From positions 23,932,001 to 23,996,000 of the forward strand of contig NC_083237.1 in the NCBI RefSeq assembly GCF_032191835.1: 64,000 nucleotides of DNA, read 5' to 3'. The notes beneath the pieces were generated by a model. The model made no database searches. It was not told the origin of the DNA and saw nothing but the letters and a program-made list of their open reading frames with translations. The DNA comes from Heteronotia binoei (Eukaryota). Shown here piece by piece: positions 12,346 through 24,527 of the stretch (position 1 is the first letter of the stretch; each line of letters opens with the position of its first letter). The translations under genes and the position numbers were made by a program.

Positions 12346-12944
12346 TGACCCCTTCATAAATCTGTCAGATCTTTTAAAAAGCTGTTTAAGAACAATTTAA
12401 GATGACCCTGTTGGAGGGGACATGCAAGTCAGCTTCTGTCCCTCTTGTCCTTTTGGTATAACGCAGAGATCCCTAACCTTTCAAGTCTCTGGGCCAACTG
12501 GAATTCTGACACAAGGTAATAGGTGCAGCCACAAAATGGCTGCTGCAGGAGGCCGAGACATGCATATGCCCAGAGGAAGTCCCAGGTGCAGAGGAGAAGA
12601 GGAGTAGTTTTAAATATATACTGAGAAAGAGTGTGAGAGAATAAAACCAGGACTGATGGCAGCTGCTGCCAAAGCAACATTATTTTAATCTGCATGGCCA
12701 ATCAGATCTCCTGTGGCCTATTAAAAGCTGTATTGGACAATAGCCCCACTAGGCTCCACCCACCTTGTGAAAACACATGGTGGGTGCCTGGTGAGGTGTC
12801 GATGTATGCTATGGTGTCCGTGGACAGTGGACACTACATTGGGGGCTCTTGTTATAATACATGAGGGGGGGGGAACCCCTTGGTCCTTGACTCTTCTTGT
12901 GTCAAACAGATACAGAAATTCAGTAATGTGACCTAATGGTTGCA

Positions 12945-13135
12945 GCTTAGGAACTGAGAAGCTCAGGCTTGAATTCTTATTCTGCCATAGAAGTTTGCTG
13001 AGTGGCCTTGGGCCACACATGCGCTCAGCCTAACCCACCAAGCAGGGTTATCGTGAGGAGAAAATGAAGGAGGGAAGAATGATGTAAGCTGGTTTGGGTC
13101 CCCCACCAGGGGAAAAGGTGGCGTAAGTCATCGAA
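12945..13135 (+). mobile_element. Older Squam3-like SINE fragment
   Basis: GGCCTTGGGCC...CTCAGCCTAACCCACC..CAGGGTT.TCGTGAGG resembles the body of the 31177-31442 SINE. Confidence 0.5.
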
Positions 13136-14033
13136 GTAAATAAAACTGTATGCAACTGAATAAATTTTCTTTAGTTTACATGGGTTGAACAGTTTGTTGC
13201 TGTGGAAACAGAATGTTGGGATGTCTTGAGTGCAATAGCATCTAGACTTGAATAAAATCAACATGTTTGAATTAGGGGCAAGTTAGATTTAAAAACGATG
13301 GGATGAAAAGGGGCCAAAAATCTTCCACAATCCATTCCCACACAAGTGGTTATTAGCCAGATCTGTATTTTGTCCTCCTCTTTCTTGGGTGTTCAGGGGC
13401 TTGTATATGGGTCTGTCTTGTTTTATAATCACGCTGCGAAGCTGAGAGAGTGAGCCTTGCCCCAGGTCACGCCGAGAGCCTTGTGTCTGAATTTAGACCT
13501 GGATTTGTCACATTCAAAGCCAGCTCTATGGTGTGCCTCAAGAAGTGAGGTGATATTTGCACCTTGCAGACTATGCTGTAAACTACAGGAAAAACATGTG
13601 GCTAGTTTGGAAGCAAAGAGCTAATAGACTCCCTGCAATGACCCTGGCCTTGCACACTTTTCCAGTCCATGTACTAACTTTCTGATGTCTCATTTGCCTT
13701 CCAACTCAGATCTGTATGTCATCTTCCCAGTTAGTGAATTCACAGCTGAAGAGAAATTTCTATCCATGTCTTCCAGCTCATAACTCATGTTTGAAACTGC
13801 TGTAGTGTAGCAGTGGATAGAACTCCATAAATCTTCATAGAACTAGTGACACAGACGTTATCAGGGTTCATCTAGTACGGACAAAATAATGAACCCTGTG
13901 GGCATCATAAAATAGAGTGGTATCAAGCATCTGACAGGTAATGAGCCACATAAAATGATCTATGGGTGCTTCAGAGAGTTCATTAGCTAAGATAGCAATT
14001 AGGAGCTTTTTAATTGCACATTCTTCTCACAAT

Positions 14034-14236
14034 ATGTGGCTCAGTGACAGAGCCTCGGCTTGGCATGCAGAAGGTCCCAGGTTCAATCCCTGTCATCTCC
14101 AGTTAAAGGGACCAGGGAGTAGATGGTGTGAAAGACCTCTGCTTGAGACCCTGGAAAACTTCTGCTATTCTGAGTAGACACTACTGACAGTGATAGACCA
14201 AGGGTCTGATTTCAGTATGAGGCAGCTTCACATGTG
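14034..14236 (+). mobile_element. tRNA-derived SINE
   Basis: A-box-like TGGCTCAGTGA and B-box GGTTCAATCC, followed by a non-tRNA body shared with copies at 3325, 12200 and 43528. It does not form a complete tRNA. Confidence 0.7.
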
Positions 14237-14368
14237 AGTTATTGTTAGACCTGAAAAAACAAGAGACTGCTGCAGAGGAGAAACTCGACATGCATAGTAA
14301 TGAATATGTATGTATGTTGACATCATATTCCTTTTCTTTGTCTAGGCAGTGCCCCCTTCCGGGCGGAG

Positions 14369-17281
14369 ATGGAAGCCAATGCAGTGAGCGACGAGGGTGT
14401 GCATTTCCAGAGCTACCCCTTCGACTTCCTGGAGTTCCTGAACCACCAGCGCTTTGAACCTATGGAGGCTTATAATCACGAACACGCCAAAGCAGTTGCC
14501 ACCCTTCCTTGCCCACAGCCACCTTACGAGTACGCCCAGCCGCCCACCGCTGCCCCGCCTGCTCACTTTGACCGCATCCCTCCAACTGTTGGCACATCTA
14601 AGCCCAAAACTGAAGGGCCCTCCTCCTCCTCTTCCTCCTCCACCTCTTCTACAAACGTTCAAGTCAAGAAACCTGACCCCGGGGCCCCTGCATCGCAGCC
14701 GCCACCACAACAGCCACAGCCCCCATATAGTGCTCCATCAGTGGTTCCACCAACAGGCCAGCCTCTCTTTGATACTACAGCAGCCGCTGCAGCCGCTGCT
14801 GCTGCCTACAACACTCCACAGTGGGGTATCGTGGACCTTTCCGGCCACCAGCACCTCTTCAATAGCCTGAAACGTGGGCAGGCACCACCACAAGCCACCT
14901 CTTCCATAACCCCTGACAGCCAGGCAATCAAGGACGACAAGAATTACTTCCGGCGCCTGAAATACTTCATCGATCGGCGCTTCCCGTGCGGGGTGTGTCA
15001 GAAGTCATTCAAGCAGTCGTCCCACCTAGTACAGCACATGCTGGTGCATACGGGCGAACGGCCGTACGAGTGCACCACTTGTGGGCGCACCTACAACCAC
15101 ATCTCCAGCCTCATCCGACACCGCCGCTGTCACAAGGACACTGAGGATGCCGCTGCAGCTGCCAATGCGGCAGCTGCCAATGTAGCAGCCGCAGCAGCTG
15201 CTGCAGCTGCCGTAGCCAATGCAGCAGCCGCTCCCAGTGCCGAGGGAGCTGCCCAACCTCCCACCCAGAGCAACAACCCGCAGGTGGTACCGGCACCAAC
15301 TGGTGCGACAGCTGCTTCTGCTCTAGGCGCCGCCATTGCTCAGACAGAAGGCCCTTTCACTTGTTCTCTGTGCTGGAAAGTGTTTAAAAAGCCGAGCCAC
15401 CTGCACCAGCATCAGATCATCCACACTGGCGAAAAGCCTTTTTCGTGCTCCGTCTGCCAGAAGAGCTTCAACCGCCGTGAGAGCCTGAAGCGTCATGTAC
15501 GGACCCATTCAGACCTCTTGCGAGTGCAGTGCGGGGTGTGTGGCAAGGAATTCCGGGATGCCTCCTACCTGCTCAAGCATCAGGCCACCCACGCCCCGCC
15601 TGGAACCATACCCCCACGCCCTGAATACAAGTGTGACATCTGTGGCAAGGGCTATGTAGCTCCCCAGAACCTCCTGCGCCATCGGCAGCTGCAACATGAG
15701 GGAGCCCAGCTGCCCAAGGATGGCACCAGTGCCCTGTCCTACCTGCCACCAGGGGCGTATCTCCTTCCACAAGATGGACAGGCTACCAGTTCTGAGGGAG
15801 ACACCAAGCCGGCATCGTATGGGCTTCTGGGGGCCCACCCGCTGTTGGTGGGGACGGCAGCAGGCAAGAATTTCTGCTGTGGGATCTGTGGCCGTGGGTT
15901 CGGAAGGAGGGAGACGCTCAAGCGACACGAACGGATCCATACAGGGGAGAAGCCGCACCAGTGTGCAGTGTGTGGGAAGCGCTTCCGTGAATCCTTCCAC
16001 CTCAGCAAACACCATGTGGTTCACACACGGGAGAGGCCCTACAAATGTGAGATCTGTGGGAAGGTTTTTGGTTACCCGCAGAGCTTAACCCGACACAAGC
16101 AGATCCACCGGCTGCAGCTTCCTTGCTCTTTGCCACCCATGGGGCCTTCACTGACATCCATGGGGCCTTCGCTGCCTCCTCCTCCTGAGGGGCTGACCTA
16201 TGGGTGTTCTGACTGTGGCGAGCGCTTCCCGGATCTCTTTCACGTCATGAGCCACAAGGAGGTCCATGTGGCTGAGAAGCCATACCCTTGCGATGCCTGT
16301 GGCAAGTGCTTTGGCTTCATCGAGAACCTCATGTGGCACAAACTGGTCCATCAGGCGGCCCCTGAGCGGCTCCTCCCCCCTGATGAGACAGCAGCAGCCG
16401 TGGCTCCCCTGGAGAATGGGCTGGCTAGTGGTGACAGTATGGTGGCATCCTACGAAGATCACCATCCCACCTTGCCAAGCGGGGAACGCTTCTCCTGCTC
16501 CATCTGCGGCCAGACCTTCAAGCATTTCCTGGGGCTCGTCACCCACAAGTACGTGCATCTGGTGCGCCGCACGCTGGCCTGTTCAGTATGCGGGCAGAGT
16601 TTTGCAGGGGCCTACGATCTGCTGCTGCATCGCCGTACCCATCTTCAGAAGCGCCATTTCTCTTGCCCCGTCTGTGGGAAGCGCTTCTGGGAGGCTGCTC
16701 TCCTGATGCGCCACCAGCGATGCCACACAGAGGAGCGTCCGTATCGCTGCGCCGTCTGTGGCCGTGGCTTCCTGCGCTCGTGGTACCTGCGCCAGCACAA
16801 AGTGGTGCACACGGGCGAGCGGGCCTATAAGTGTGCCCTCTGCAACAAGCGCTTTGCACAATCATCCAGCCTGGCTGAGCATCAGCGCCTCCATGTGGTG
16901 GCCAGGCCCCAGCGTTGCCCCACCTGTGGCAAGACCTTCCGCTACCGCAGCAACCTCCTGGAGCACCAGCGAGTGCACCTGGGTGAGAAGGTCTACCGCT
17001 GCGATCGCTGCTCCAAGAGCTTTTTCTACCTGTCGTCCATCCTGCGCCACCAGCGCTCCCATGATGCCAAGCGTGAGTTGCGATGCGGGGCTTGCCTCAA
17101 GCTCTTCAAGGACCCCAAATATTTCAGCAAGCACCTCCAGGCCCACCAGGGCGGACGGCCTTTCAAGTGCAGCACCTGCGGGGAAGCCTTCTCTAACACC
17201 TACGGTCTCAAGAAGCACCGCCACATTCACAAGATGGAGCGCTTTGCAGCCATGGGGACCCACAAGGAACAACAGCCCTAG
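14369..17281 (+). CDS. ZNF865: Zinc finger protein 865, 970 aa, 20 C2H2 fingers, single coding exon
   Basis: The N-terminus GVHFQSYPFDFLEFLNHQRFEPME, PQWGIVDLSGHQHLF and KDDKNYFRRLKY..RRFPCGVCQKSFKQSSHLVQH match recalled human ZNF865. 20 C-x2-C-x12-H fingers were counted. Acceptor ttttctttgtctag at 14345 lies 23 nt before a strong Kozak ATG (GAGATGG). Confidence 0.95.
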   Translation: MEANAVSDEGVHFQSYPFDFLEFLNHQRFEPMEAYNHEHAKAVATLPCPQPPYEYAQPPTAAPPAHFDRIPPTVGTSKPKTEGPSSSSSSSTSSTNVQVKKPDPGAPASQPPPQQPQPPYSAPSVVPPTGQPLFDTTAAAAAAAAAYNTPQWGIVDLSGHQHLFNSLKRGQAPPQATSSITPDSQAIKDDKNYFRRLKYFIDRRFPCGVCQKSFKQSSHLVQHMLVHTGERPYECTTCGRTYNHISSLIRHRRCHKDTEDAAAAANAAAANVAAAAAAAAAVANAAAAPSAEGAAQPPTQSNNPQVVPAPTGATAASALGAAIAQTEGPFTCSLCWKVFKKPSHLHQHQIIHTGEKPFSCSVCQKSFNRRESLKRHVRTHSDLLRVQCGVCGKEFRDASYLLKHQATHAPPGTIPPRPEYKCDICGKGYVAPQNLLRHRQLQHEGAQLPKDGTSALSYLPPGAYLLPQDGQATSSEGDTKPASYGLLGAHPLLVGTAAGKNFCCGICGRGFGRRETLKRHERIHTGEKPHQCAVCGKRFRESFHLSKHHVVHTRERPYKCEICGKVFGYPQSLTRHKQIHRLQLPCSLPPMGPSLTSMGPSLPPPPEGLTYGCSDCGERFPDLFHVMSHKEVHVAEKPYPCDACGKCFGFIENLMWHKLVHQAAPERLLPPDETAAAVAPLENGLASGDSMVASYEDHHPTLPSGERFSCSICGQTFKHFLGLVTHKYVHLVRRTLACSVCGQSFAGAYDLLLHRRTHLQKRHFSCPVCGKRFWEAALLMRHQRCHTEERPYRCAVCGRGFLRSWYLRQHKVVHTGERAYKCALCNKRFAQSSSLAEHQRLHVVARPQRCPTCGKTFRYRSNLLEHQRVHLGEKVYRCDRCSKSFFYLSSILRHQRSHDAKRELRCGACLKLFKDPKYFSKHLQAHQGGRPFKCSTCGEAFSNTYGLKKHRHIHKMERFAAMGTHKEQQP

Positions 17282-19234
17282 TGTGGAGGGGGCTGCAGAA
17301 AAAATGGGTGGTCCAAGGGTGAGACAGGGGGCTAGTTCCAGGCTATTGTAAGCCATAAGGGGGAGGGGGCCATAATAGTAAGCAAAAGTGTGCTTGTTTG
17401 AAGCAAGGTGGCACCGTTGGGGATGGATTGGGGAGGAGTCACAAACACCTGCATGTGGCGAGCCATGTCAAACCAGAGATCAGGAGGGCTTAACGAGGAA
17501 GGACAGTTACTGTGCAGTGCCCTGCTGTTTTTCTGATCCCAAAAACAAAAATAGGCATAATCCTGTCTGCCATGGATTCCCCAAGACAAATGTGGTGGTG
17601 GGGGGTGGGGGTAGGGAAATGACTGCCTCAGAGGTGTAATTTCCCCACCAAAAGGGAGCGTAGCTTTGGGGAGGAACGTTTTGGGGTAGAGGTGACTGAC
17701 TGGCCGTGGTTTCTGCTTTAGGCCTAGATGCTGAAAGGAAATGAGCCAAAGTGAGTCCCCTGTAGCCGGAGTGGAATGTTAGAACCAGTTCATGCTGAAA
17801 GAAAGATGATACAGTCCTCTGGGATTGTGTCACTTCATTGTACAGCTAAAGGTTGCGTATTTAAATGTCTCCCCCTCACATGTTTTTTTTCTGTGCATGG
17901 AAAGTTAAGTCTGTCAGGGAGAAGAGTTTGAGCACAGCCTCCCTGATGTGCTGCTTTTGCATAGGTAGAGAGAGAATTGAATATTCTCTCAGAATATGAG
18001 AGAACATTCAGGCATGTGAATCCATTGGCTGAATTCTAAAATGGTACAGTCCCAGGAGGGAACAGTATCACATACAGGTTCTTTTTAGCAACATGTGAAT
18101 TGGCATTCAAACGTAGGCAGGAAATGCAAAAGCATTTTTGGATGTCCGTTATGGAAACTGTGGCATGGGCCTTCTCTGTGCCCCACAGTGCTAGGATTCT
18201 TGCATAACCCATGTGCCCTTTCGCCTAGTGAAGATGAATCCTCACTCCCAACATCAATGCCGAATGCCTTTTCTCAAGCTGCAAATACAGTGGATCTGCA
18301 ATGAGGGCTGTGGCCAGTGGTCACTCATGCACGGGTACATGTTTGTTGCCCCCCCCCCCCCCCAGTTGTTTGAACTAGGAAGGCAAACCAGAACGGTGAC
18401 CGCTCACATCCCAGGGCAGGGTGATATGTTACTTCTGCTTCTCTGTAGAGCTATTTGTTCACATGCATTCTCATCCTAGGTCTGAGCCATGGGTTCTTCT
18501 ATTTCTTGGCAACTCCCCCCCCCTCCCAAAATGAATTTTTTTTCCGCTTTGGAGCCAGCATGCCACATGATAACACCCTCATCCTCAGTCCTGACATGGG
18601 ACTCCATCCCCAAAGTGGAAACACTGATGTGATACGGACAAAAGAGATGCTTGTTAATGGTCTGACTTCCCCGTGTGTTTCCCTGATTCTCCCTCCCCAC
18701 ACACACTTTTATTTACCCCTTCCCTCAGCAAATTGTGGGGCACATCATTGTGTAGCTCTGAGCAGGAGCGCATGACTGATGTATTATAAACAACCAAAGA
18801 GTTCTAAAAGCGCCTCTCTCCTTCCTTTGGACACTATGTTGAACATTCCATTCTCTGCCTTTGTGATCTGGGTAGTGAGTTTGGGGCAGCATTTGGTGAT
18901 CCAGTGTGCCATTTAAACAAGCTAGATGCATGATGAAGAAAGTGAGAGACAGAAGAGGGATGTGTTTTTGCAGGGGAAAAGATACCTCACAACAACAACA
19001 AAAAAGTTGGCTCAGCTGATCGGTCTCATCAGGCTAATGCCTCCAGCAGTGATGGGGACTGGAACTTCCTTTTGTTTTTAATCTTTATCCCGAAGTTTAA
19101 AAACCTGAGCATGTAGCTGAAATTCAGTGGACTCTCTCTGCTTCTACTTCTGTCTGCCTTATATGGAAACCATTTTTTCCATAGTTTCTTTCCTGGCTTC
19201 CTGATTTGCCAGTAGAGTTGAACATTAGTTTTTA

Positions 19235-19240
19235 AATAAA
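19235..19240 (+). terminator. Candidate proximal polyadenylation signal (AATAAA) of ZNF865
   Basis: First AATAAA noticed downstream of the ZNF865 stop. Motif only. Confidence 0.35.
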
Positions 19241-21139
19241 CCCTTTATGAATACTCTGCACTCTCTTTATTCCATATCTGCTTATCAGAAGTAGCTCCTT
19301 CATCATTTTAATTGAGCATTGCATCATTGGAAATCCTATGGAAAGGAAATGTGATCTCCAAATTTTTCAAACCCGGAAGGTTAATCTTTATGCTTACTTG
19401 CCTTTTAAACTTGATAAAATGAGTTTGCAACAATGTATCTAGTAGGAGATGTATCTGTTGATTATTGAATTATAGCTTCCCAATTGGACAGGGAAACCCA
19501 TGAGAAGATGGGTGTGGGAGGGGGAAAGAAAGACTGTGCTTTTTTTTGAAGGGAAAATACTGATCAGAATCACCAGACTGTTTTATCTTTGGCCGAAGCA
19601 TGTGGACTTCCAAAGGAAATTCTCTCAGAATAATTTACAGGTCTTGAATGTATGAGACAGGTTTCACAATTGATTGTGAAATTCCTGTTTCAACTAGAAA
19701 ATTGATTTTATCATGTTCAGTCAGGTATTGCTTATCACGTTCACAATGGTGACGTGCTTTCCTACATATGAGAAAATGTAGTTTTTTCTAGGTGTGTGTG
19801 TTTTTTTTTAAGTTTCCCTGATTCACTTAACATGGGTTAGTTATCCTTAACACCCTTTTAGTACTCATTATTAGAATGATTAGAAAGTGATGTTCATTCA
19901 CTGCATATTTTTTCCTGGTGGCAGAGCAGAAAGAATGTCAGTTCTTTTCTAGCCAGATCTTTGATGGCAGAATGTAGGCATGCAGTACTTGCTAGCAAAG
20001 GCTCACCCAGCCCCTGTTAATGTTGCATCTGAGCTCTTTAACAAGGAAGATTTGCAGTTATCCTTCTTTCTAGGAGCCATTTCATTTCCCCCCTAAGCAT
20101 ATGTTTCTGTTCTCTGTAGTGGTTGAGCTTTGCTTGTGGGTACAATGTGAATTTAGCCCCTGAAACCCATCACTGTCCTGATTCTGGAGGAGAAGCTGAG
20201 GAGGACAATAAGTATCTCTGGAAAGGTGGCTCTGGTGGATTTTAGAGCAGAGGGCCTGGGAGGCAGCCTGCTTTAAGTTGAGCTCCGTGGCAGAGGCTTG
20301 TAAGAACTTAGTGGGTCAGAGAAATGGGAGGTCCAGGTTTTAATTCTGGTTAGGAAGCAAGAGTTTTCTTGAAGACTTGCTTGGTGTGGAGCACAATTAA
20401 GAGTTCCCATTGCACTGCCCTGCCTATTACATTGCTTAGTTGGATTCTGCGCTCTGAATTGTGTGCTGCTAGGATGCCACATCCTACAGGGTCCCTGCAA
20501 TGCTTTCTCTGCCTTTGTATTGGAATTGTGAAGCGGGCTGGGGAAGATGCTCCATCTTAAAGGACACCACAAGACATGCAGCTGTCGTCCAAGAACAACT
20601 TCTGCCCTCCCTTTTTTCTTTTTTTGGAGATCTTGGGATTCTGTGGTTAAGACTTCATGGCAAGATAATCATCTTGTGATGGCCAAAACTGGGAGACGGA
20701 GATTCCTGAGACAGAAATCAAAACTGCCCAGACCGGTAGCTGTTGCAGCCTCTAAATGAAGAGTCATGCCATTGATTGAACCCAACCCTTCGTTATCGTG
20801 TTAGCAGATGACTTTTTATATTAATACAGATATATAAATACATACATTTATATATAAATTCTTCTTTTCTAACTACCCCTTTCTTCCTTTGGCCACAGAG
20901 TGCAGTTCCTTTGGTGCCAAGATTCCTCTGTGTTAACAAAGTGTACTAAAATATGTATAGAACCCCTTTTGTTGTCCACGCAGCTGATGGGCCTGGACTG
21001 TGATAAGCCCTCGTTGCACCCCTTGGGAACTGTACAGTGTGTGTGTTTCTCATTCGGGGTGGGGGACTGGAGCGTGTTCGTGTTTTAAACCAAGCAATTG
21101 CTAAAAGTGTCTGATTCACAATGTACAGACTAAACAAAC

Positions 21140-21145
21140 ATTAAA
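21140..21145 (+). terminator. Candidate distal polyadenylation signal (ATTAAA) of ZNF865
   Basis: Preceded by TGTA motifs (20941, 21122), followed by a GT-rich tract. It marks the end of a ~3.9 kb TE-free stretch. Confidence 0.45.
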
Positions 21146-21204
21146 AAAAAGTAATGGGAAACAAATGACATTCCGTTCATTGTACGGTGACCGGGTTTGT
21201 ATAA

Positions 21205-21485
21205 TTCATGGGTACCCTATCTTTTGAGCCTGCGGGTACCTTTGGAGTTCTGATACAAGGCAGTGAGCATAGTCACAAAATGGTTGCCACAAGAGGTGGG
21301 GCCAACCACAAAGCTAGTTTATATATAGCTGTAACTCTTTAACACTTCAGGCAAAAGCTTTGCTTACCAGGAAGCTTTTAAATCTGTATGTCCAATCAGA
21401 AATGCTGCTGGACAGAAGCTCCACCTAGCCATGCCCATTTTTAAAAGTGCCATGACATGCTCAGGCACCATGGTGGGGACTACCT
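21205..21485 (+). mobile_element. MITE (family C, CACAAAATGGCTGCC core). Related copies at ~12460-12720 and ~32825-33160
   Basis: Shared motif TTTGAG..TG.GGG.ACCTT.GGA.TTCT.ACAC...CACAAAATGG.TGCC in three places. Termini are degraded. Confidence 0.5.
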
Positions 21486-21489
21486 GAGA

Positions 21490-22070
21490 CACTGCAGAGC
21501 TGGAAAAAGTGTAGAGACCAAGGTGATTAGGAGCACCTTCCGTATGCGGAAAGTCTGAAAGTCTGGGACTCTTCAGTTTAGAAAAGAGATAACTAAGGGG
21601 GAGGGGGACATGATAGAGGTTTAAAAATTATGCAGAGTTGACAAAGGGAAAATTTTCTTCCTCTCCCAAAATATTAGAACCCAAAGGCATCCAATGAAAC
21701 TGATGGGCAGAAGGGCAGGAAAAAAGAAATATTTTCTTTTTGCATTTTAATGTGGAATTCACTGCCAGAAGATATAGAATTAACAGCTTTAAAAGGGAAT
21801 ATAAGAATTAACTATATGGCTATAAGAATTAACAGCTTTAAAAGGGGATTAGATGAATTCATGGAGGATAACTCTTTCAATGGCTAGTAGCCATTGTGAC
21901 TGAGGAGAACTTCCACATTCAGAGGTACTAATCCTCTGAATTACAGAGCAAGGAGGCAACATCAGGGGAAGGCCTTGGCATCTGTCTATGCTGTGTTGCT
22001 GGCCGTCCAGAGGCACTGCGCAAGACAGAATGTTGGACTATATGGATCCAGCAGGGCTCTCACATTCTTA
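21490..22070 (+). mobile_element. CR1 LINE 3' fragment, degraded
   Basis: Sequence parallels 10640-11240 (GGACTCTTCAGTTTAGAAAAGAGATAACTAAGG, GACATGATAGAGGTTT, TGTGGAATTCACTGCCA) with frameshifts. Confidence 0.8.
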
Positions 22071-22149
22071 TGACTTTAACTGATGATGTAGAGGGGCACT
22101 TGAGATCACAAGAGTGGCTCTTTTAAGGTCCTCACTATGAATCTTAAGG

Positions 22150-22290
22150 GGACGGAAGGTGGCATGGTATAACCCAATTTTGTCAGAAGCTAAACACGGT
22201 TCTTCCAAGGAAGACTGTAGAGGAAGGTAATGACAAACCACCTCTGGTTCTCACTTGCTTTGAAAGCTCCTTGCTGGCTATGACTTGCCA
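22150..22290 (+). mobile_element. 5S-derived SINE, degraded and internally deleted
   Basis: GTCAGAAGCTAA.CA.GG followed by CCAAGGAAGAC...GGTAATGACAAACCACCTCTG family body. Confidence 0.5.
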
Positions 22291-24154
22291 GCCCTTATGT
22301 ATATACACACTGGACAGAGAAAGCAATGGCATTGGGACTGTGTATGTATCTTACACTGGGGAGGATTTGCATTGCCTAAAGAACTGAAGCAAGAAAACAA
22401 AAGGAAATCAAAGGAAACTTCCCTGCAGTATGGGAGTTACAAATTAGGGCAAACATTTTGAGACCCACTGATCTTTCTGCTTCTAGAACCTAGTCCTGGA
22501 AATCCAGAGGGGTTTGGCAACTACCTTCTTCAAAAATGTTCCCTTTCTACTGAGAAGGAGGTTTTTATTGTCCTAACAAATTCTTAGCAAGTTAGAATAA
22601 AAGGGGTGAAGATCCCTGAAGGCACCTCTGTCCTGAAAGGTTTCTGACCAGTATGGACCCAGTGCTAACATGATGGTACAAGGGAAAATGTGGACAAGCT
22701 AAAGGAGAAGCAGAGTAGAATCTCACTGTCACATTAAAATACTGGAAGTCAATCCCAGAAATGGAACATTCTGAGGTAACGAGAAGTCCCAAGAGCTAAT
22801 TTCTGACTAATTTCTGCCCTCGAGTGATAAAGCAAAAAGGGGGGGGGGGGGGGGGAAGAACCCAGCTAAATGATTCCAGTAACCAAAAGGTTGAGTAAAA
22901 CAACAAACCAGTGAAGGAGGGTATAAATTTCATAAATGCCACTAGAAATACCATAAAATATGAACTATAATATTTGAAATAAAATACATTAACCTTCCTA
23001 GTCAGGTAAGATAGCAGCACATTAAATCATTGTCCAGTGCATTTTGGCAAGAAATTACCTTAATCAGTGTGTGTGTGGGGGAATTCCTGAGAACTGTGTA
23101 TAGAGTCATATAAAACCACCATACAGAAGTATGTATCCTGCTGATCAGGTAAAACTGTTCAGTGTACCACTATAGAATTAGTGCCTTCCTATAAACCAGC
23201 ATCTTCAAGTCTACACTAAAATCCCTGAAATTCAATCAACAGTACAACTCTCACTATATGTGGTTAATGTATTATATTTCATTTAATATGTTAATATATT
23301 TCATTTAATATATTTATGGTATTTCTAGCGGTATTAAATTTATACACTTCCCTTAATGATTCACTGTCTGCTTTTCTCAGCCTTTTGGTTACTTGGCTTC
23401 CTTTCCACACCAGTCTCATTCTGGGAGAGGGACAAGAGCTGGCAGAGGAGAAGCTCATACAACTCATTAGAATACTACAAGATTTTAAATTTGTGGAAGG
23501 CAGTAATGTTACCTAGCCAAACATAATATTTTCAGGTCTTGTTTTATCGCAAAGAAGAAACCACAATCCAAAAGCATCCATACATTGGCTCTAATTTAAA
23601 ATAAATTGCAATATAAGACAAAACACTTGCAAGAAATCCTAAGTAGAACTTGCATGAGAAACCATCTCTCCCCTCCCCTGTTTGTTTCAGTTCAACCTCC
23701 CCACCCCGCACAGCAGGATAGAAAAAAAGGCAGGGAATAACAGCGCAGCCCCATCGTTCAGCAGAATCTTGTACGGGGGTCTCAGTTATTTGCTCAAAGC
23801 CCTTATCAGTGGGCAGGACTTGGAGAGCATGAATGCTATCTATCTGGAAAGTTTTATATGAAAAGATAATAGCAGAGTGCCTCTTGCTCATTCCATGTTT
23901 TTATCCCTCATGTCACAGAGGTTCCTGTACTGCTCCACTCTGGACAAGTTTCCATGTTTTCTAGGATTAATGTGTGTTGGTTTTTGTACCATGAAAGAAA
24001 TGCAAGTTCAGATGATAACTCAATGCACACTGATTTTTTTTAAGTGGATTGAAAACACTTGTTTAGAAGGCTGCATGTGTTCTGAATTGTGAAGTTGTAT
24101 GATACAGCCAAGCCAACCAATTTGTGATGCATATGGAAAGCCGCCGTGAAAATC

Positions 24155-24527
24155 CATCCTAGGAGAACAAAGTTGGAGTTCAGTAGCACCTTTAAGATCA
24201 ACAAAGTTTAATTGAGAATTTAAGCTTTCATGTGCATGCACACTTCATCAGATAGTGAAAATGGGGTACAATTAGCATTGCTACATATAGCTTGTGGGTA
24301 GTGAGTGGTTAAGCATGCAAAATAGTACAAAGTTAGAATCCAATAGTATAATAATGAAATTATGTAACACAGCTAATTGAACCCAATTTCATTGTCTGAC
24401 AAAGTGTGCATACAAAAGCTTACATTCTGAATATAACTTCGTTGGTCTTAAAGGTGCTACTGGACTCCCAACTTTGTTCTGTTACTTCAGACCAACACAG
24501 CTGCCTGCCTGGATCATCCTAGGAGAA
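24155..24527. mobile_element. Penelope-type inverted terminal repeat insertion with 13-bp TSD
   Basis: 24164-24252 is the inverted copy of 24396-24480. It is flanked by the direct repeat CATCCTAGGAGAA at 24155-24167 and 24515-24527. Confidence 0.75.

Noticed and set aside
13690-13740. Possible micro-exon in ZNF865 intron 1 (ccaactcag|atctg...cca|gttagt)
   Set aside because: The donor is weak and the exon very short. It cannot be told from chance without RNA data.
14034-14110. Possible tRNA gene (also at 31177 and 43528)
   Set aside because: A and B boxes are present but there is no complete cloverleaf or acceptor stem. Each continues into a multi-copy SINE body.
14342-17356. Many 60-200 aa ORFs antisense or out of frame within ZNF865
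   Set aside because: These are expected shadows of a GC-rich, codon-biased C2H2 CDS. They have no recognisable domains or independent splice or start signals.
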